This document shows, piece after piece, positions 38,940-53,929 of a stretch of DNA of 64,000 bases; within the stretch, counting starts at the first letter, position 1; every line of letters begins with the position of its first letter. This DNA comes from Paraphysomonas bandaiensis. Its lineage: Eukaryota; Protista; Chrysophyceae. The position numbers were made by a program, and so were the translations under genes. The stretch is taken from positions 124,001 through 188,000 of the forward strand of contig CBFFRP010000025.1 of assembly GCA_965644295.1 (NCBI GenBank), written 5' to 3'. A model generated the notes under the pieces. It saw nothing but the letters and a program-made list of their open reading frames with translations. It did not search any database and was not told the DNA's origin.

Positions 38940-39270
38940 AATTATAATTTCTATTATGATTTGATGTCCCTTTTCTATTTTGCAATTAATTGAAAATCCA
39001 TTAATTGATACGCAGCCCTGATATGTGGTGCTAAACCGTAGAAAGGCCCTCACTATATTAGTATTATTACTAACTCACGTTATTATACCCCTGAAATATA
39101 CTGTCGAGTGGTATACCGGTATATCTAATGAGCTATACCAGGTGAACATACGTCATACATCGTACACAGTACTTGTTGCAGATAGCACAAAGAATAGCAC
39201 TACGGACGGAAAGATAAAGTTTTGGCTGCCCAGCGATTACAATTAATTGATACGCAGCCCTGCCACATAT
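38940..39270. mobile_element. Two hAT-like termini in direct orientation (ending 39020 and 39262)
   Basis: ATTAATTGATACGCAGCCCTG occurs twice, followed by ATATGTGG and CCACATAT respectively. Confidence 0.7.
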
Positions 39271-39585
39271 CCACGAATAGCATTTCTCAAGAATTGAGGT
39301 AATTTCAACTCCATGGAGTCATGGAGACACAGTTAACAGTTACACCTCAGCATTTACGCGTTTACTACATGTACTTATCCTTCATTTACTTCTATATACT
39401 ACATACATGCCATAGAGGAAAAGATGCCTTCGACATTTAGACAGCGCTGAAGATAAGGTTGAAATCTTCTTTACATATAGTTATATGCAACAACAGCTTT
39501 TGTACATCATTTTGGATCAAAACCACTAACCACTAATATGCAATATACAGCAAAAATGGGTCAGTCAAATATAACTTAAATTAAC

Positions 39586-40709
39586 TCAGTTTATATTCCA
39601 GTCAATGGGGTCCTTTCCCATTTTAATCAGGGCATCATTACATCTTGAAAAACACCTTCATCAAAGACACTCGTCACGAATGAAATCCACCAATATTCAA
39701 CATACCTTGATCCTATAAATGGTTCGTTTGTTTTTGTTGCCCCAAGTGGGGATGGGTGTGATGACGATATTACGACATGGTTAGCCGTATTAATGGATTT
39801 ACACCTGCAAATCATTAGCAAGTAACATAGGTATAAGGAACCCAATTTTACTGACTTTGTCTGAGCAGGTTTCCCCCACAACATGAAGACGACGCCGTCT
39901 TGCTTACGACTAACGTAGCGTACAACAGCGTCAGTGAACTCCTCCCAACCTTTCTTCTGGTGGGAATTGGCCTCTCCTCTGCGTACTGTCAGACAGGTAT
40001 TAAGCAGCAGCACGCCTTGTTTACTCCTGCACCGTACCGTTACCAGCGCTTCGACTTTAACATAAGATAAAATCTTACCAGCAGGATAGATCACCGTGGG
40101 TTGGTGCTCGTATTCCAACATCCGCCTAAGCAACGTTCAGCCACTGGAGAAATATGCATTGTGAATTTCAGTTACCTTTGCTTCTTTGAATATATTCTTC
40201 AGACTTGGGGGTGGAGGGTTGCCACGCAAAACTGAAAATGCCAAACCATGCGCCTGATTCGGCCCATGATACGGGTCTTGGCCTAGTATAACTACCTTGA
40301 TAGAGTCGAAATCACAGAGTTGGAAAGCAGAAAAAATGAAATCTCGAGGAGGGTACACTGTTCGATTAGCTATTTCTTTATCTACAAAACTCACTAGACG
40401 CTTGAAATATGCCCTCGAAAACTCTGATTCTAAATAAGTTTGCCAACTGCCAAAGTTGCAAGTTGATATCAAAGACGATAAGAGATTTGAAGTTTCTCCA
40501 GATAATTCCACAGATGCGATGGTACCTTTCTCATTGATCTCTTGTTCAGTAACTACGCTATCATGTTCCTCGCTTGACTCATCTACCGTAGAACTCGGAA
40601 TAGTATCTTCATCTTTCTTAACTTGTGGTTCAGTTGAAGTAGAGTCAGAGTCTTTAACACGTTTCGGTGCAGGTGAAAAGAATGATCGTATACTCCTCTT
40701 GTTGCTCAT
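39586..40709 (-). CDS. UNG: Uracil-DNA glycosylase (family 1), multi-exon
   Basis: VILGQDPYHGPNQAHGLAFS, PPSLKNI, QGVLLLN, SHQKKGWE, VFMLWG, HPSPL, C-terminal PIDWN; N-terminal PIP-box-like RSIRSFF. Confidence 0.96.
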
Positions 40710-41006
40710 ACTCACGCCCTATAACCTGATGGCTTTAGAGTGGGATTGCTACTTTTCACTCTATCGAGTGGAAGAGACACTAACGGGTTAAACGTAATGA
40801 ACTAGTCTTTTATTCGTGTCTAGGAGTAGCAGTTAGGAGTGCATTGAATATTCGAATATTTAAAATGCTTGTGGATTGTGCATGTATATAGTTCGTAGGG
40901 GGTATGGTACACCAGTATACGGTATACCATACACTGTACATAGTAGATATACTCTGCACATGCAAGCTACAGTAATATCGATACTGTATTGATATCTGAT
41001 ACAGTA

Positions 41007-42825
41007 CAGCGCATTCTCGATATATCGCGGAAAGTGTCCTGGAGAGGAAATCGCGATATATCGCAATATCGCGATATACAATTTAATAGTAAAATACAGC
41101 ACTGTATTCCGCAAAGTCGTAGAGAGCAAGTTTAAGGAGCTTAAGACTATGCAATATATCCACAATGTCGTGTCTGTATAGCATAGTACTCCTTGTACTG
41201 AATGGCACATGCAAAGAATTTGTGAAATAAGTTATATATCATTATTTATGGAATTTATGGTATTCAATTTCTTAACACACTTACTACATTCCTAGCTAAC
41301 AATAAGATAAAATTATTAAATTTCATGGACTTCAGAACCTTTAGTACGTGCTGAAAAAAACTGATGCAGAGAAGTTTGTACCTTAGAATGATTCTTGTGC
41401 CTTTCTGTATGAATATTATTCTGCACTTTTCTGAGGAGCTCAATATGCGCTGTTGAATGCCCCTCCTGGGTAGCATAATCGAGTAACATTAAAACAGCAT
41501 TGTCGGCTTGCACAGCAGTAATAGCACTATCATTTCCATTGGTGTTAATACAATCATCCTCGTCATCGTCATCGCCTTCGTCCTCTAAAGACATTGACTG
41601 CTGAAGTGCAGTGATACTGCTCTTATTTGTTCTTCATTATGTCTCATTATAATAAAGAATTGATCTTTATAATAGTAAAACAATGTTGTGATTATTAGAG
41701 TGTTAGTAATGAACACGATAGAGTGAAAATTATGAATAACAATATAGAACATAGCAATATTCAACCTATGTTGTACAGATGGTATGTACAAACTTAAGCA
41801 TATACAATAGAGAGCTCATATAGCATAAAATAACCTGATAGCTGGTTCTTACACGCATTAAGGTTTCCGTAAATTGAATTATTAGTACTTGTCTTATAAT
41901 GTCACTTGATAATGAAACCCTACTGCTTAACCAATTAAAAGTTTTCTCATACTCATCCTCTGTATCAAAGTTTGACATTATATGAGAAGTATTAACTTAA
42001 CAACAGAAGGTAAACTTATACTCAATGCTTCAATTCAGCTTTCAATTGCCTGCACTTCGATGTTCACTCCAAAGTCATATTACGCATTCGTTTGAGGTAA
42101 ATATCCCCCAGTGCATTTTCCTTAGTGTACTCTTCAGTAAGTGCCAAACATGTCTCCGCCTTTTTCGGCTTTTGCCCAAGTTTCAATCAGGTGTCCAAGT
42201 GTTGCTATTTGTGAACTCCATGCATTCTCAGGGAATGACTCCAGAATGGTCTCATGAGCCTCCTGTTATTGAGGGTATGTAACGAAGAAATTTCTCAATA
42301 ACAGGTATTCGAAGTTCTTGCAGCACGCGACACTGAATATCATGAGACATATATCCTTCTTATGAGCAGACGTCCTTCGATGAGAGAAAAAGACTCTTGC
42401 GCATCATTACATTTCATCCTCAGGTTCGCATTCAACGAGAGTGTCGTCGACAGGATCTTATATTGACTCACTATCACTCATGTTATCAATAAATGTGATT
42501 AATATACTATGGATATATGTTCATCTAGAGGTTTTTACCCCGACAAAAAATCTACATGGTAAGGATTCCAAATTTTACCCCCCCACTCTCTCTCCAGGGT
42601 AAGCATTTTGGTAAGCATTTTCAAAAACTTACCCCGAAAATGCTTACCAGGGTAAACAGAAATTGATTTTCGGCGTTTTTTGGTAAGGAATGCTTACAAA
42701 AAAAATGCTTACCCTTGTAACAGAAAATGACCTCAGTTTTCCATGTGATGAAGTGTCCTGGACCAAAATCCGCGATATAAAAGGGTATCGCGATATACAT
42801 ACCGCGATATATCGAGAATGCGCTG
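41007..42825 (-). mobile_element. Degenerate pogo/Tigger-like (Tc1/mariner superfamily) DNA transposon
   Basis: Perfect 24-bp TIR CAGCGCATTCTCGATATATCGCGG (41007-41030 and 42802-42825) flanked by TA on both sides. Minus-strand remnant 41316-41594 has an acidic tract and terminal QTSLHQFF, typical of pogo transposase C-termini. The rest is broken by stops. Confidence 0.88.
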
Positions 42826-43041
42826 TATCCAGATGCTGTATCTACAGCAGATATATATTTCGGTATATGGAATACGTATACCGTATACCATTCGAGGTAT
42901 GGGGGCCACAAACAATAAAATATTATGACGGTATTCCTATTCCGGCATACCGCATACTACAAGCATGGTGCTCACCAATGCCCACACAGCGCCTGCCTCT
43001 GTCAATAGACATCATTGCAGTGCAGTTGCAGTAATTATTAG

Positions 43042-45617
<2,576 letters not shown>

Positions 45618-46354
45618 TTGTATATTCATCATCGTAGCCATTATTTTTTTTGTCGGAATAGATATTGCCTATTTCTCGACCCAGTTTAGTGCATGGGGCA
45701 TATTATTGTCGAAAAGTAGTCTGCTATTTCTGTAGTTTTTCTGCCTATTATCATAAGTTAATTTGTAGTTCATCTATATGTGGATGTTTATATCTATAGC
45801 AACAGTGCAATCACGGACACATATGAAGATAGGAAGGTATAAGCTATCAACAAGCCGAATTTCAGATCCTAATGAAAATTCCAAGCACTGGATGCCTGAT
45901 ACTGTAGTTTAACAAGCCTCTTTATCACCTACATATCTACAACCCCCGAGGGATAACTGCTATTGTGTACAATACGATTTTATAGAGCTACTAAAACTGT
46001 CAGACTAAGAGGATCTAATAGTTGGAAAGACAAGTTCAAGTTAAGCCAATGACTATTACTCTTAGAATAAAATAGCTATATACAGAAAAGTCTTACTCTT
46101 GACATTATGTGGGATTGAGATCGAGAAAGCGAATTCTTATTCCTGTAATTATCAACACACTAATGATTCTTATACTCTTACAGAGCCCTTTGAAATTCAA
46201 CAATATTTGGAACGGATGTTTTTAATTTTTGAATATTTCAGGTACTATTACAGTTTCATTGATGTCGCACACAACATATGATATTGATGAGAAATATAAT
46301 AGAGATAGATGACAAGTCGTTTTCTATAATTCGCTGTCGAAAGATAGATAACAT

Positions 46355-47875
46355 TTAATCGAAAGTGATCTTCTTTCCTGTACCTCCTCCCGCAATGGTT
46401 CCTTTATTTCTGCTAGCAGATGTGGGAGTCGCTCCTCGTCCACCCCCTCTTCCTCTTCCTCGTCCACCTCTTCCGCCATCACCTCTTCCACCTCCTCTTC
46501 CACGACCTCCACCAGCACCTCCTGCACCAAGACTATCTCTATTCCTTGGGGGAGCGTAATCCACGCGGATGTTTCGCCCGTTGAGCTCTGTGCCATAAAG
46601 CTTTACCGCCTCGTCGGTACTACTGCCATCGACGAACTGAACGTGCCCAAAACCTTTAAAGCTACCATCTTCCTGAGAAGTTGCAAACCTCACAAATTTG
46701 ACCTCACCACATGCACCAAAGAGTTCATACATTTGATCCTCAGTAACGTCCCATGGAAGATTACCAACAAACACAGTGTCACAACCTTCTGGTTTTGTAG
46801 ACGCATCCGGAGCAGAGCCAATGCTCTTGCGAGGAGCAGGTCTACCCTCAGTGATCTTAAGCCAGCGCTCAGTTTCAGGCCAGGTAGCTCCATCAAGAGC
46901 GAGGGCAGCATCGACCCCAGCTCTTGAAGGGAAAGAAACTACGGCAGTGCCGCTGGAGCGCCCCCCCTCGCCAAGAGGAAGTTCCACTCCACTTGATCCG
47001 CCACCGCACTCGGCAAAAAAATGAGCAACATCGTCTTCGGTGGCTAGCCATGGTAGCCCACGAATATATACACTGTGTGTTTCCCCGTCAGCAGCTGGGG
47101 CTTTCGAGGCGGGTGTGGAAGGAGCAGTCTCGATCTTCTTCTTCTTTGGGGCGGGCTTCTCGTCCTCGTCACTGCTAGAATCACTGTCGCTATCGCTGCT
47201 ATCGGAATCAGAGGATTCCTCAGCTTTACGCTTCTTGGAGGCAGCGGTGGCGGTAACCTCCATCTTGTCGTCCTCATCATCGGAGGAGTCGTCAGAGCTG
47301 CTATCACTGTCACTGGATTCTGACACCTTGGCGGCTGGCTTGGCTTCATCGTCAGAATCAGAGTCGCTATCGCTGGAATCTTCGTCGCTGGAGCTAGATT
47401 CGACCTTAGCAGCAGGCTTAGCCTTCACGGGTTCATCTTCATCAGAGCTGCTGTCAGAATCCTCATCGCTGGATGATTCTTCCTTCTTTTGGACAGCTTT
47501 AACAGGTACAGGTTTCGCATCCTCATCATCCGAAGAATCGGAGTCAGAATCACTATCGCTGGAACTATCTTTAGCAACAGGCGTAGAGGTCTTCTTACCA
47601 TTGGCAACTACAGGCTTCTCGTCTTCGCTGTCACTATCATCGTCACTACTGCTGCTATCATCGCTAGAGCTTGACTCTGCACTAATACTCTGCTTCTTTG
47701 CCACTAGAAAATGAGAATATACGGCGGATAAGCTCTCTGGGGTAGCGGACTTGATGGATTTGTTAAGAGAAGCTTCCTTCAACAGACTCTTCGCAGTGCT
47801 GGTCAAATTCTTCTCCAGAAGAAAGTGATATATGCTTGTATACAAGCCCTGTGTAGCTTCATCTGAGGTGGACAT
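46355..47875 (-). CDS. Nucleolin/Nsr1-like protein: LisH-like N-terminus, Ser/Asp acidic blocks, 2 RRMs, GAR tail; intronless
   Basis: VYIRGLPW and VFVGNLPW (RNP2), KGFGHVQF (RNP1), RGG repeats, terminal GKKITFD. Confidence 0.92.
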   Translation of the reverse strand: MSTSDEATQGLYTSIYHFLLEKNLTSTAKSLLKEASLNKSIKSATPESLSAVYSHFLVAKKQSISAESSSSDDSSSSDDDSDSEDEKPVVANGKKTSTPVAKDSSSDSDSDSDSSDDEDAKPVPVKAVQKKEESSSDEDSDSSSDEDEPVKAKPAAKVESSSSDEDSSDSDSDSDDEAKPAAKVSESSDSDSSSDDSSDDEDDKMEVTATAASKKRKAEESSDSDSSDSDSDSSSDEDEKPAPKKKKIETAPSTPASKAPAADGETHSVYIRGLPWLATEDDVAHFFAECGGGSSGVELPLGEGGRSSGTAVVSFPSRAGVDAALALDGATWPETERWLKITEGRPAPRKSIGSAPDASTKPEGCDTVFVGNLPWDVTEDQMYELFGACGEVKFVRFATSQEDGSFKGFGHVQFVDGSSTDEAVKLYGTELNGRNIRVDYAPPRNRDSLGAGGAGGGRGRGGGRGDGGRGGRGRGRGGGRGATPTSASRNKGTIAGGGTGKKITFD

Positions 47876-48214
47876 TTTACAGGGATTTATAGAATGAGAC
47901 AGTCGTGGAAGTTAATGGATACTTCTTATGACTTTGTATAATTATGATCGCTAGTTGGAATACACTCCAGAGGACAGGGACACATCCCAGCCATCAGCAC
48001 TTCACTTTGATTTTTAGCCAACCACTTTCAAGGAATGTATACAACGACCACGAAATGGCAGATTGGTATCTTGAATCGATAGTTGAAAACTGAAAATGGA
48101 TGCATGGAGGAAGGAGCAGCAGTCTCATCGCACCCAATCATCATGTTTGTTAACGAGATATTTCTATTAACGCCTTATCTGTACCCCATACACAGAGTGC
48201 ACCCTGCATCATTA

Positions 48215-49095
48215 ATGGATGTCATGGATATCTCATCAGTGAAAAAGTTGAACCTTTATCTGATTCGTCATGCCGAATCTAATAACAATTTACTGTATGA
48301 CGCCATCAGCAGCGAAAATTTTGCAGAAGAAGAGTCCAAATTAAGAGAAGCTGACTGCGGGATTTCACAAACTGGCCAGGAACAGGTGCGCAGATTACAC
48401 GAATATATTGCGAATGGTGGATTTGCGGATATTGCGAAGTCCCCGTTTACAGTATACACGTCTCCAATGAAACGCTGTCTGGAGACCGCCCTTGCAATTA
48501 GCTCGGGAATCCCTCAAGCAGCAGGTGTTCGGGTTTACCCTGAACTTTATGAAAGTGGGGGTAGCTACGTTACTGTTGACGGTTCAACAGTAGGGGTTCC
48601 TGGTACCACTAGTGCTGATGTTGCGGAACGATATCCTGGATTTATATGCGAAGAAGGTATAAGGCTAAATGGTGTACCTGTATATTCATTAATGCCATAG
48701 GTATGGAGAATGGGTGGTATCATAGAGACCACAAGGAAACCAATGACGAGTTTGACACACGAGCTGCTGAAGTTGTGAGCTGGATTTGGCGAATGCTTGA
48801 GAAACCGGGGGCTGACGGACTGGCCAAAAGTGTGGTGATTGTGATGCATGGCAATCTAATGAGCGCCGTCATGAATGGTCTACTGTTTGGTTCACAGAAT
48901 ACTCGAGCGGGTCTCTTTCTTCATTGCAACACAGGCATTACACATATGGAACTTGTTGAGGTTGCTGGACGCCGTGTTGGAACTGTGCAGTGCAGCAATC
49001 ATACCCCACACTTGATGCCAAAAGAGTCCGAGGAAGAGAACTTACGCACTGGAAATGACCTGTTCAAACACCAGTGGATACAGGAGTTTTTGTAG
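48215..49095 (+). CDS. Histidine phosphatase (phosphoglycerate mutase superfamily); intron 48657-48700
   Basis: LYLIRHAES, YTSPMKRCLETA, ELYESGG, VIVMHG, HCNTGIT. Confidence 0.88.
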
Positions 49096-51125
49096 CTCAT
49101 TCTGTCTGTTTCCTTGTAATAAACGCTGTGCTACGTGGTTCAATAGGTTAGCCTCCAAGTTTTTATAGTTGCAATATGCCCTGCAGGTATTACTATTCTT
49201 TTGTGCGTCCCGATATGGCGTTCTATACTTCATTGTGTGTTCGTTGTATATTTTGTAGCTGTTGCTTTATAAAAGTAAATCTTCTGCAATACTGCGAGAT
49301 TTCTCATCTATCAACCAGTCCAATGCAGAATTTGTTCGTGCGTTCGTACTGTACCTTTCTTACGTACATTGGATGTTATCATGTTTCTTTCGACTCGAGT
49401 TGAGTGGCCAAAGTAGCTTACCTGTATTTAGTTTTATGATTTGCAAATGTTTTTTTGCAATTAAATTGCAATTATTAGCTATAGCTTGCGCAATTATAAT
49501 TGCAATTATATTGTGCCAATTACTGTCTAATTAACTTAGTTACCCATTACAAGCACGTATAGCATCTTCAACCGTACTTGCATTCCACAGAAATTTATTA
49601 AAGCGCAAGAACATAAGGGCCTCTATGAGGTGCCATAGATTTGCGCAGATCACTCATGTTAATTTTTGCTTTACTGAAAAACCTTTCTACACAACTAGTA
49701 GTAGAGTATATATGCTTCAAGCAGCGGTACTTAGTTCGTTTGGTAGTGCGTAGTCGCTTTAGTTCTTGGTGCGCGTGGTGTCTTCGTGTCTTCTCGCCAG
49801 TGAGTCGACATCATCATCTTCTTTTTCCTCTTCTTCAACCAGTAATAAAAGTTACATTGTGAGCAGTAGATATTACATATAACTCAAAAACAACGCCACT
49901 GAAATATTAAATACATAGCATTGAATAGAATTTTCAAACCGTGATATGACAATAAGCAGAATATAATATTGCTAATACAACAGTGTAGTGGTAAAATTGA
50001 AACAGTGTATAGTGTATAATATTATAGTAGCTCACAAGATTTACTTCACAAGATTGTAGTAGCTCAAGAACTCCTTGCGCTGACAACATCTAGTAAGTGT
50101 GTCATCTTCCTTCAAACTCCGGAATGGTTCAAGCAGCATTGATATAATGCAATCACATATTATTTCTTTAACTACTTTTGTTTTCACTATTATATAGTTA
50201 GAAAAGAAGAGCTCTACGAAGTTTCTATCAATTAGGCTCTCCAAGACCATGTTTTAATCAATGGCTGAGGTAAATGCGCTTTTCTTCACTAAATGTCAGG
50301 TCTACTAATCCTCATTTATGGCGACTACACAGAGGGCTGTTACCATCTCCACCATTGAGGTAAAAGAAATGAGTTAAAGTTGTTACTTCTCAATTGTTAA
50401 TTCCGAGTGCACTATACATTTTACAACACCGAAAAAGTACAAAGAAGCACGACATTTTTCACTGGAGGTAAGATCTTAATTACATATCTGCGCGGAGGTA
50501 AGTTTCGTTTCTTCAAACTGCTAGTGGTCTGCGATGAGGTTTGTTTTACAATGGACATGTCCAAGTAGGAGAAATATATTTACTATACAGTCCTCCATAG
50601 TTTCAAAATACTACTTCTAATTAGGATTTCGCATCCAATTCCTTTCTTTGTACGATCTCCCCATTTTTCTGCTTCCAAATAGTTTTATGTTTCCGACTGT
50701 CAAGTTTGGGAGCGAAATGGTTTCTCGATATGAAGTCGCAAAATGATCGCACTCATTTTCTGAGCACCGAGTATCTAAAGTCCATATCCAGATATAGATA
50801 TCTCTAGGCTAGATTTAAGTGTGCCGACGGCGGTACGTAGATATACATGTAGTGACTGTGCTCCATATATAATTTATACTAGCTATACTCTATACTCAAT
50901 GGATATAGCTACTACATGTGTCGTACGTCGTGCTATTCATTGGTATTCTGCTGTCTGGGAATATCACGATCAGGCAAAAAAGTCCAAATATGTTGATCAA
51001 AAAACAGGATGTAACAAAAATTCGTGGCTTTTATGCTGAGAAAGGAAGTTTGAGGAAAAAGCATTTGATCATTCATCCGCATTGGCTTGGTTTCATATCT
51101 CATTTACAGTACCACAGTGCAGGCA

Positions 51126-52189
51126 ATGCTTTATTCTAGTAGTCTTTTGCAGCACTGTGTTTTGGTCTTCGCAGTTATTTTTACGGGATATTTACGAGAT
51201 ACTTTAGCATCGAAGGAATGGGTGCTCAATAAACCTCGAAACTTCCCATATAAAATAAGGAGCGGGAATGCAATGAGTGGAACCTATTCGAATAGCATAC
51301 AATGCAGTACTGAACAATTTCAACAGTCATTCAACTATTTGAAGAATCACACAGCGCATGTGCTTCATGGCGATGCTGAATCATTTGATGCCATAGAACA
51401 TTTTTTTTGGAACACTTGCAACGGAGTTGTTTTGGAAATGGGGGCCGTAGATGGTATCACACATTCTGAGTCAGTCTTTTTTGAGCAATTAGGGTGGAGG
51501 CGCTTGTTAGTTGATGGAAATCCTGAGAGATTCGAAGCCTTGAAACAGAACACCGAAGCATTTGTAGTTGGCGCTGTTGTGTGCGAGTCCCCTCATGTGT
51601 TCCACTACTGTATTAACCGATACACCCCCTACGGATTCACTTCTGGTGTTGTGGAGTTCATGACACCTCAGTTTATTGGACGATTCCACCCACAAATTTA
51701 CAAGGCGGGGACTCCGAAAGGCTCAGTGAATATCGACTGGAACAGCGCAAACATTTCTAAGGATTGCACAAGAGTGCAATGTATTCCGTTAGCAAGCGTT
51801 TTGAGAGAATCAGGCGTCTTTCATGTAGATTTCTTCATTTTAGATGTAGAAGGAGCTGAACTGGAGGTACTGAAGACCATAGACTTCAAGGCTGTTACTT
51901 TTGACGTATTGGTGGTGGAGGCGGCAAGGGCAAGGGCCAGTATGTATAAGGAAAAGGTATACTCTTCCTACTGTATATAATATAATCTTATCATTGACTT
52001 TGCACACCCATATAGGTGATTAAGTATCTGTCATCTCATGGATATGATCGAGTTGAAGTGCCACTCGATCAAACTGGTCGTAACATATGGTTTACGCGAC
52101 GAGGATTTCAGCCTTCTTTTCGACCAGGAGTGCATCCTCTGCAATTTTCGGGGCTCCAGTTGTTAGGATCTCAACTAAGCCGGGGGTAG
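51126..52189 (+). CDS. FkbM-family SAM methyltransferase with N-terminal signal/anchor; intron 51956-52015
   Basis: VLEMGAVDGITHSES..FEQLGWRRLLVDGNP, VDFFILDVEGAELEVLKTIDF..FDVLVVE; second exon ends at TAG 52189. Confidence 0.88.
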
Positions 52190-53149
52190 CTGAGGACTTG
52201 GTCTGTATATGCTGATTCCCTTATGAGTAATAGCAAAGTGGAAAAGGTTCTTCGAAAGAATCGCATAATAGTGGGTGTAAATGTAGGACGAGGGATACAA
52301 AGACACGGATACAAGATACGTTACGGGCACATATTGTTGAGTAACGCCCGTAATGTATACAATACTGTAGACAATTAAAGGGTCCCTTTGAAGATTTCTT
52401 GTTATTATCGTTGACTTCGAATACGCTAGGTGAACGCAGGATCATGTGGGTTCAACAAAGCGCACTGAAGTACGTTATATATAGTAGAAGTAAGTAACCG
52501 AACTTGAAATACCACACACACTCAATTACTTAAAATTGTTATAAACATATTTTATCACTCATTGTCGTTATTTAAATTTATATCGTCACTGCATCACTAC
52601 TACCAGTCCTTATTATCAAAGCACAAAAAACATTTAATCGATCTTATACAGTTTAATCATTTACTTTCATCGCATCTAGTTCCTATCGTAGCATTAATTC
52701 ACATAATCTTGCTCTAAACTGCTGTATTCTTCAATTAACAGCTAAATTTTTTATTCCTAAAATCTAGAAATTGTATATCAATTACCAATAAACATTGAAA
52801 CAGGCGTCAGTCACAGTTTAAATATTAAGTATGCTAAGGGCATAAACAATAGTTTAAGGTCAAATAACAATATAAAGCATAATATCAAAAACACTGTAGA
52901 TTAAGTATGAGAAAAAATGTGATGTGCCGTGCAATAGGTAGTCCTTGCTCTTGGCAGCAGTTATGATTTGTTAGCAATAGGCGTGTAAGAGACAGAAATA
53001 ATTCATCATTGTAAATTTGTAAATTAACTAACTAATTCTGATATCCCGATATTCTATTATTTAGCGCCACCCCTCAACAAAGTCGGACTCGCACCTTTTA
53101 TGGTGTTTTGGGGGATAAATACCCGAGATAATTCTCCGGGAAAACTAAC

Positions 53150-53540
53150 GTGAGTCGCAAACACAGAGAACAGATAACGTTCTGTCCAGTCATATAGCCG
53201 AATGTTTGTGTGGTACAGAGGACATTAATTAGTGTCACTTGTGTAGACGTCTTTGCGCCTTGACGAATAAACAGGCATCCGGGAATGGGCCTACCTCAAG
53301 GGCATCCGGGGTATTTTCGGTTCCCTGACTTGTTAAAGTCAATCATTCGGGCTGTTAACCTTAAGGACAGAGAGCGACAGTGGTTGCACCTTGGTGCTTG
53401 CGGTGACGCACAAGCAGCTTTCGTAGCGCCAAATAGTAGGATATCAGAGCTAAACAATGCTGAATTAGTTCTGAGTCTTAAACGACTACTGCTAATAGTC
53501 ATACATTCACTTCTCAGCAGTGTTGAGTCAACAGTGTAGA
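53150..53540 (+). mobile_element. Decayed fragment of a possible CRE-like non-LTR retrotransposon
   Basis: DNA shared with 22690 and 61545-61715. The peptide RERQWLHLGACGDAQAAFVAPNSRISELNNAELVLSLKRLL resembles the post-RT region of CRE-type elements, and CLCG..H..C and RFPDLL fragments lie nearby. The family call is tentative. Confidence 0.4.
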
Positions 53541-53929
53541 TTCCAAGTTTATTAAAAGTAGGTGGGTTAATATCAGTACTGGTGAATAACGATAACAAAG
53601 TGAAGGTAGTAGTACGTAGTACTATGTACACTATTGCATTGACTTCTTTGAATAAGATTTACTTTTTGGTAACCGACTTAAGTCGTAAAGTGGTATGACA
53701 TAGTTCCTATTCTCAGCCAAGTACCGAAGGCCCGATTAACTCCACCTAACTTCAGATAAACTCATATAGAATCGTACTAGTATTAATATAATTTTGTAGC
53801 GAATTTCAATCGCATACTGTTACTCGTTCACATAATACAGAATCATATGCTATACGATGTGCACTTCTGTTCCTCATAATCATTTAAAGCACACTGAATT
53901 GTGGGTTATATATAAGCATATAACAATCA

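Noticed and set aside
47040-47714. Ser/Leu-rich plus-strand ORF
   Set aside because: Antisense shadow of the acidic nucleolin region.
49400-50450. AT-rich CAATTA block and short ORFs resembling a transposon end
   Set aside because: No partner TIR, TSD or transposase motif could be identified.
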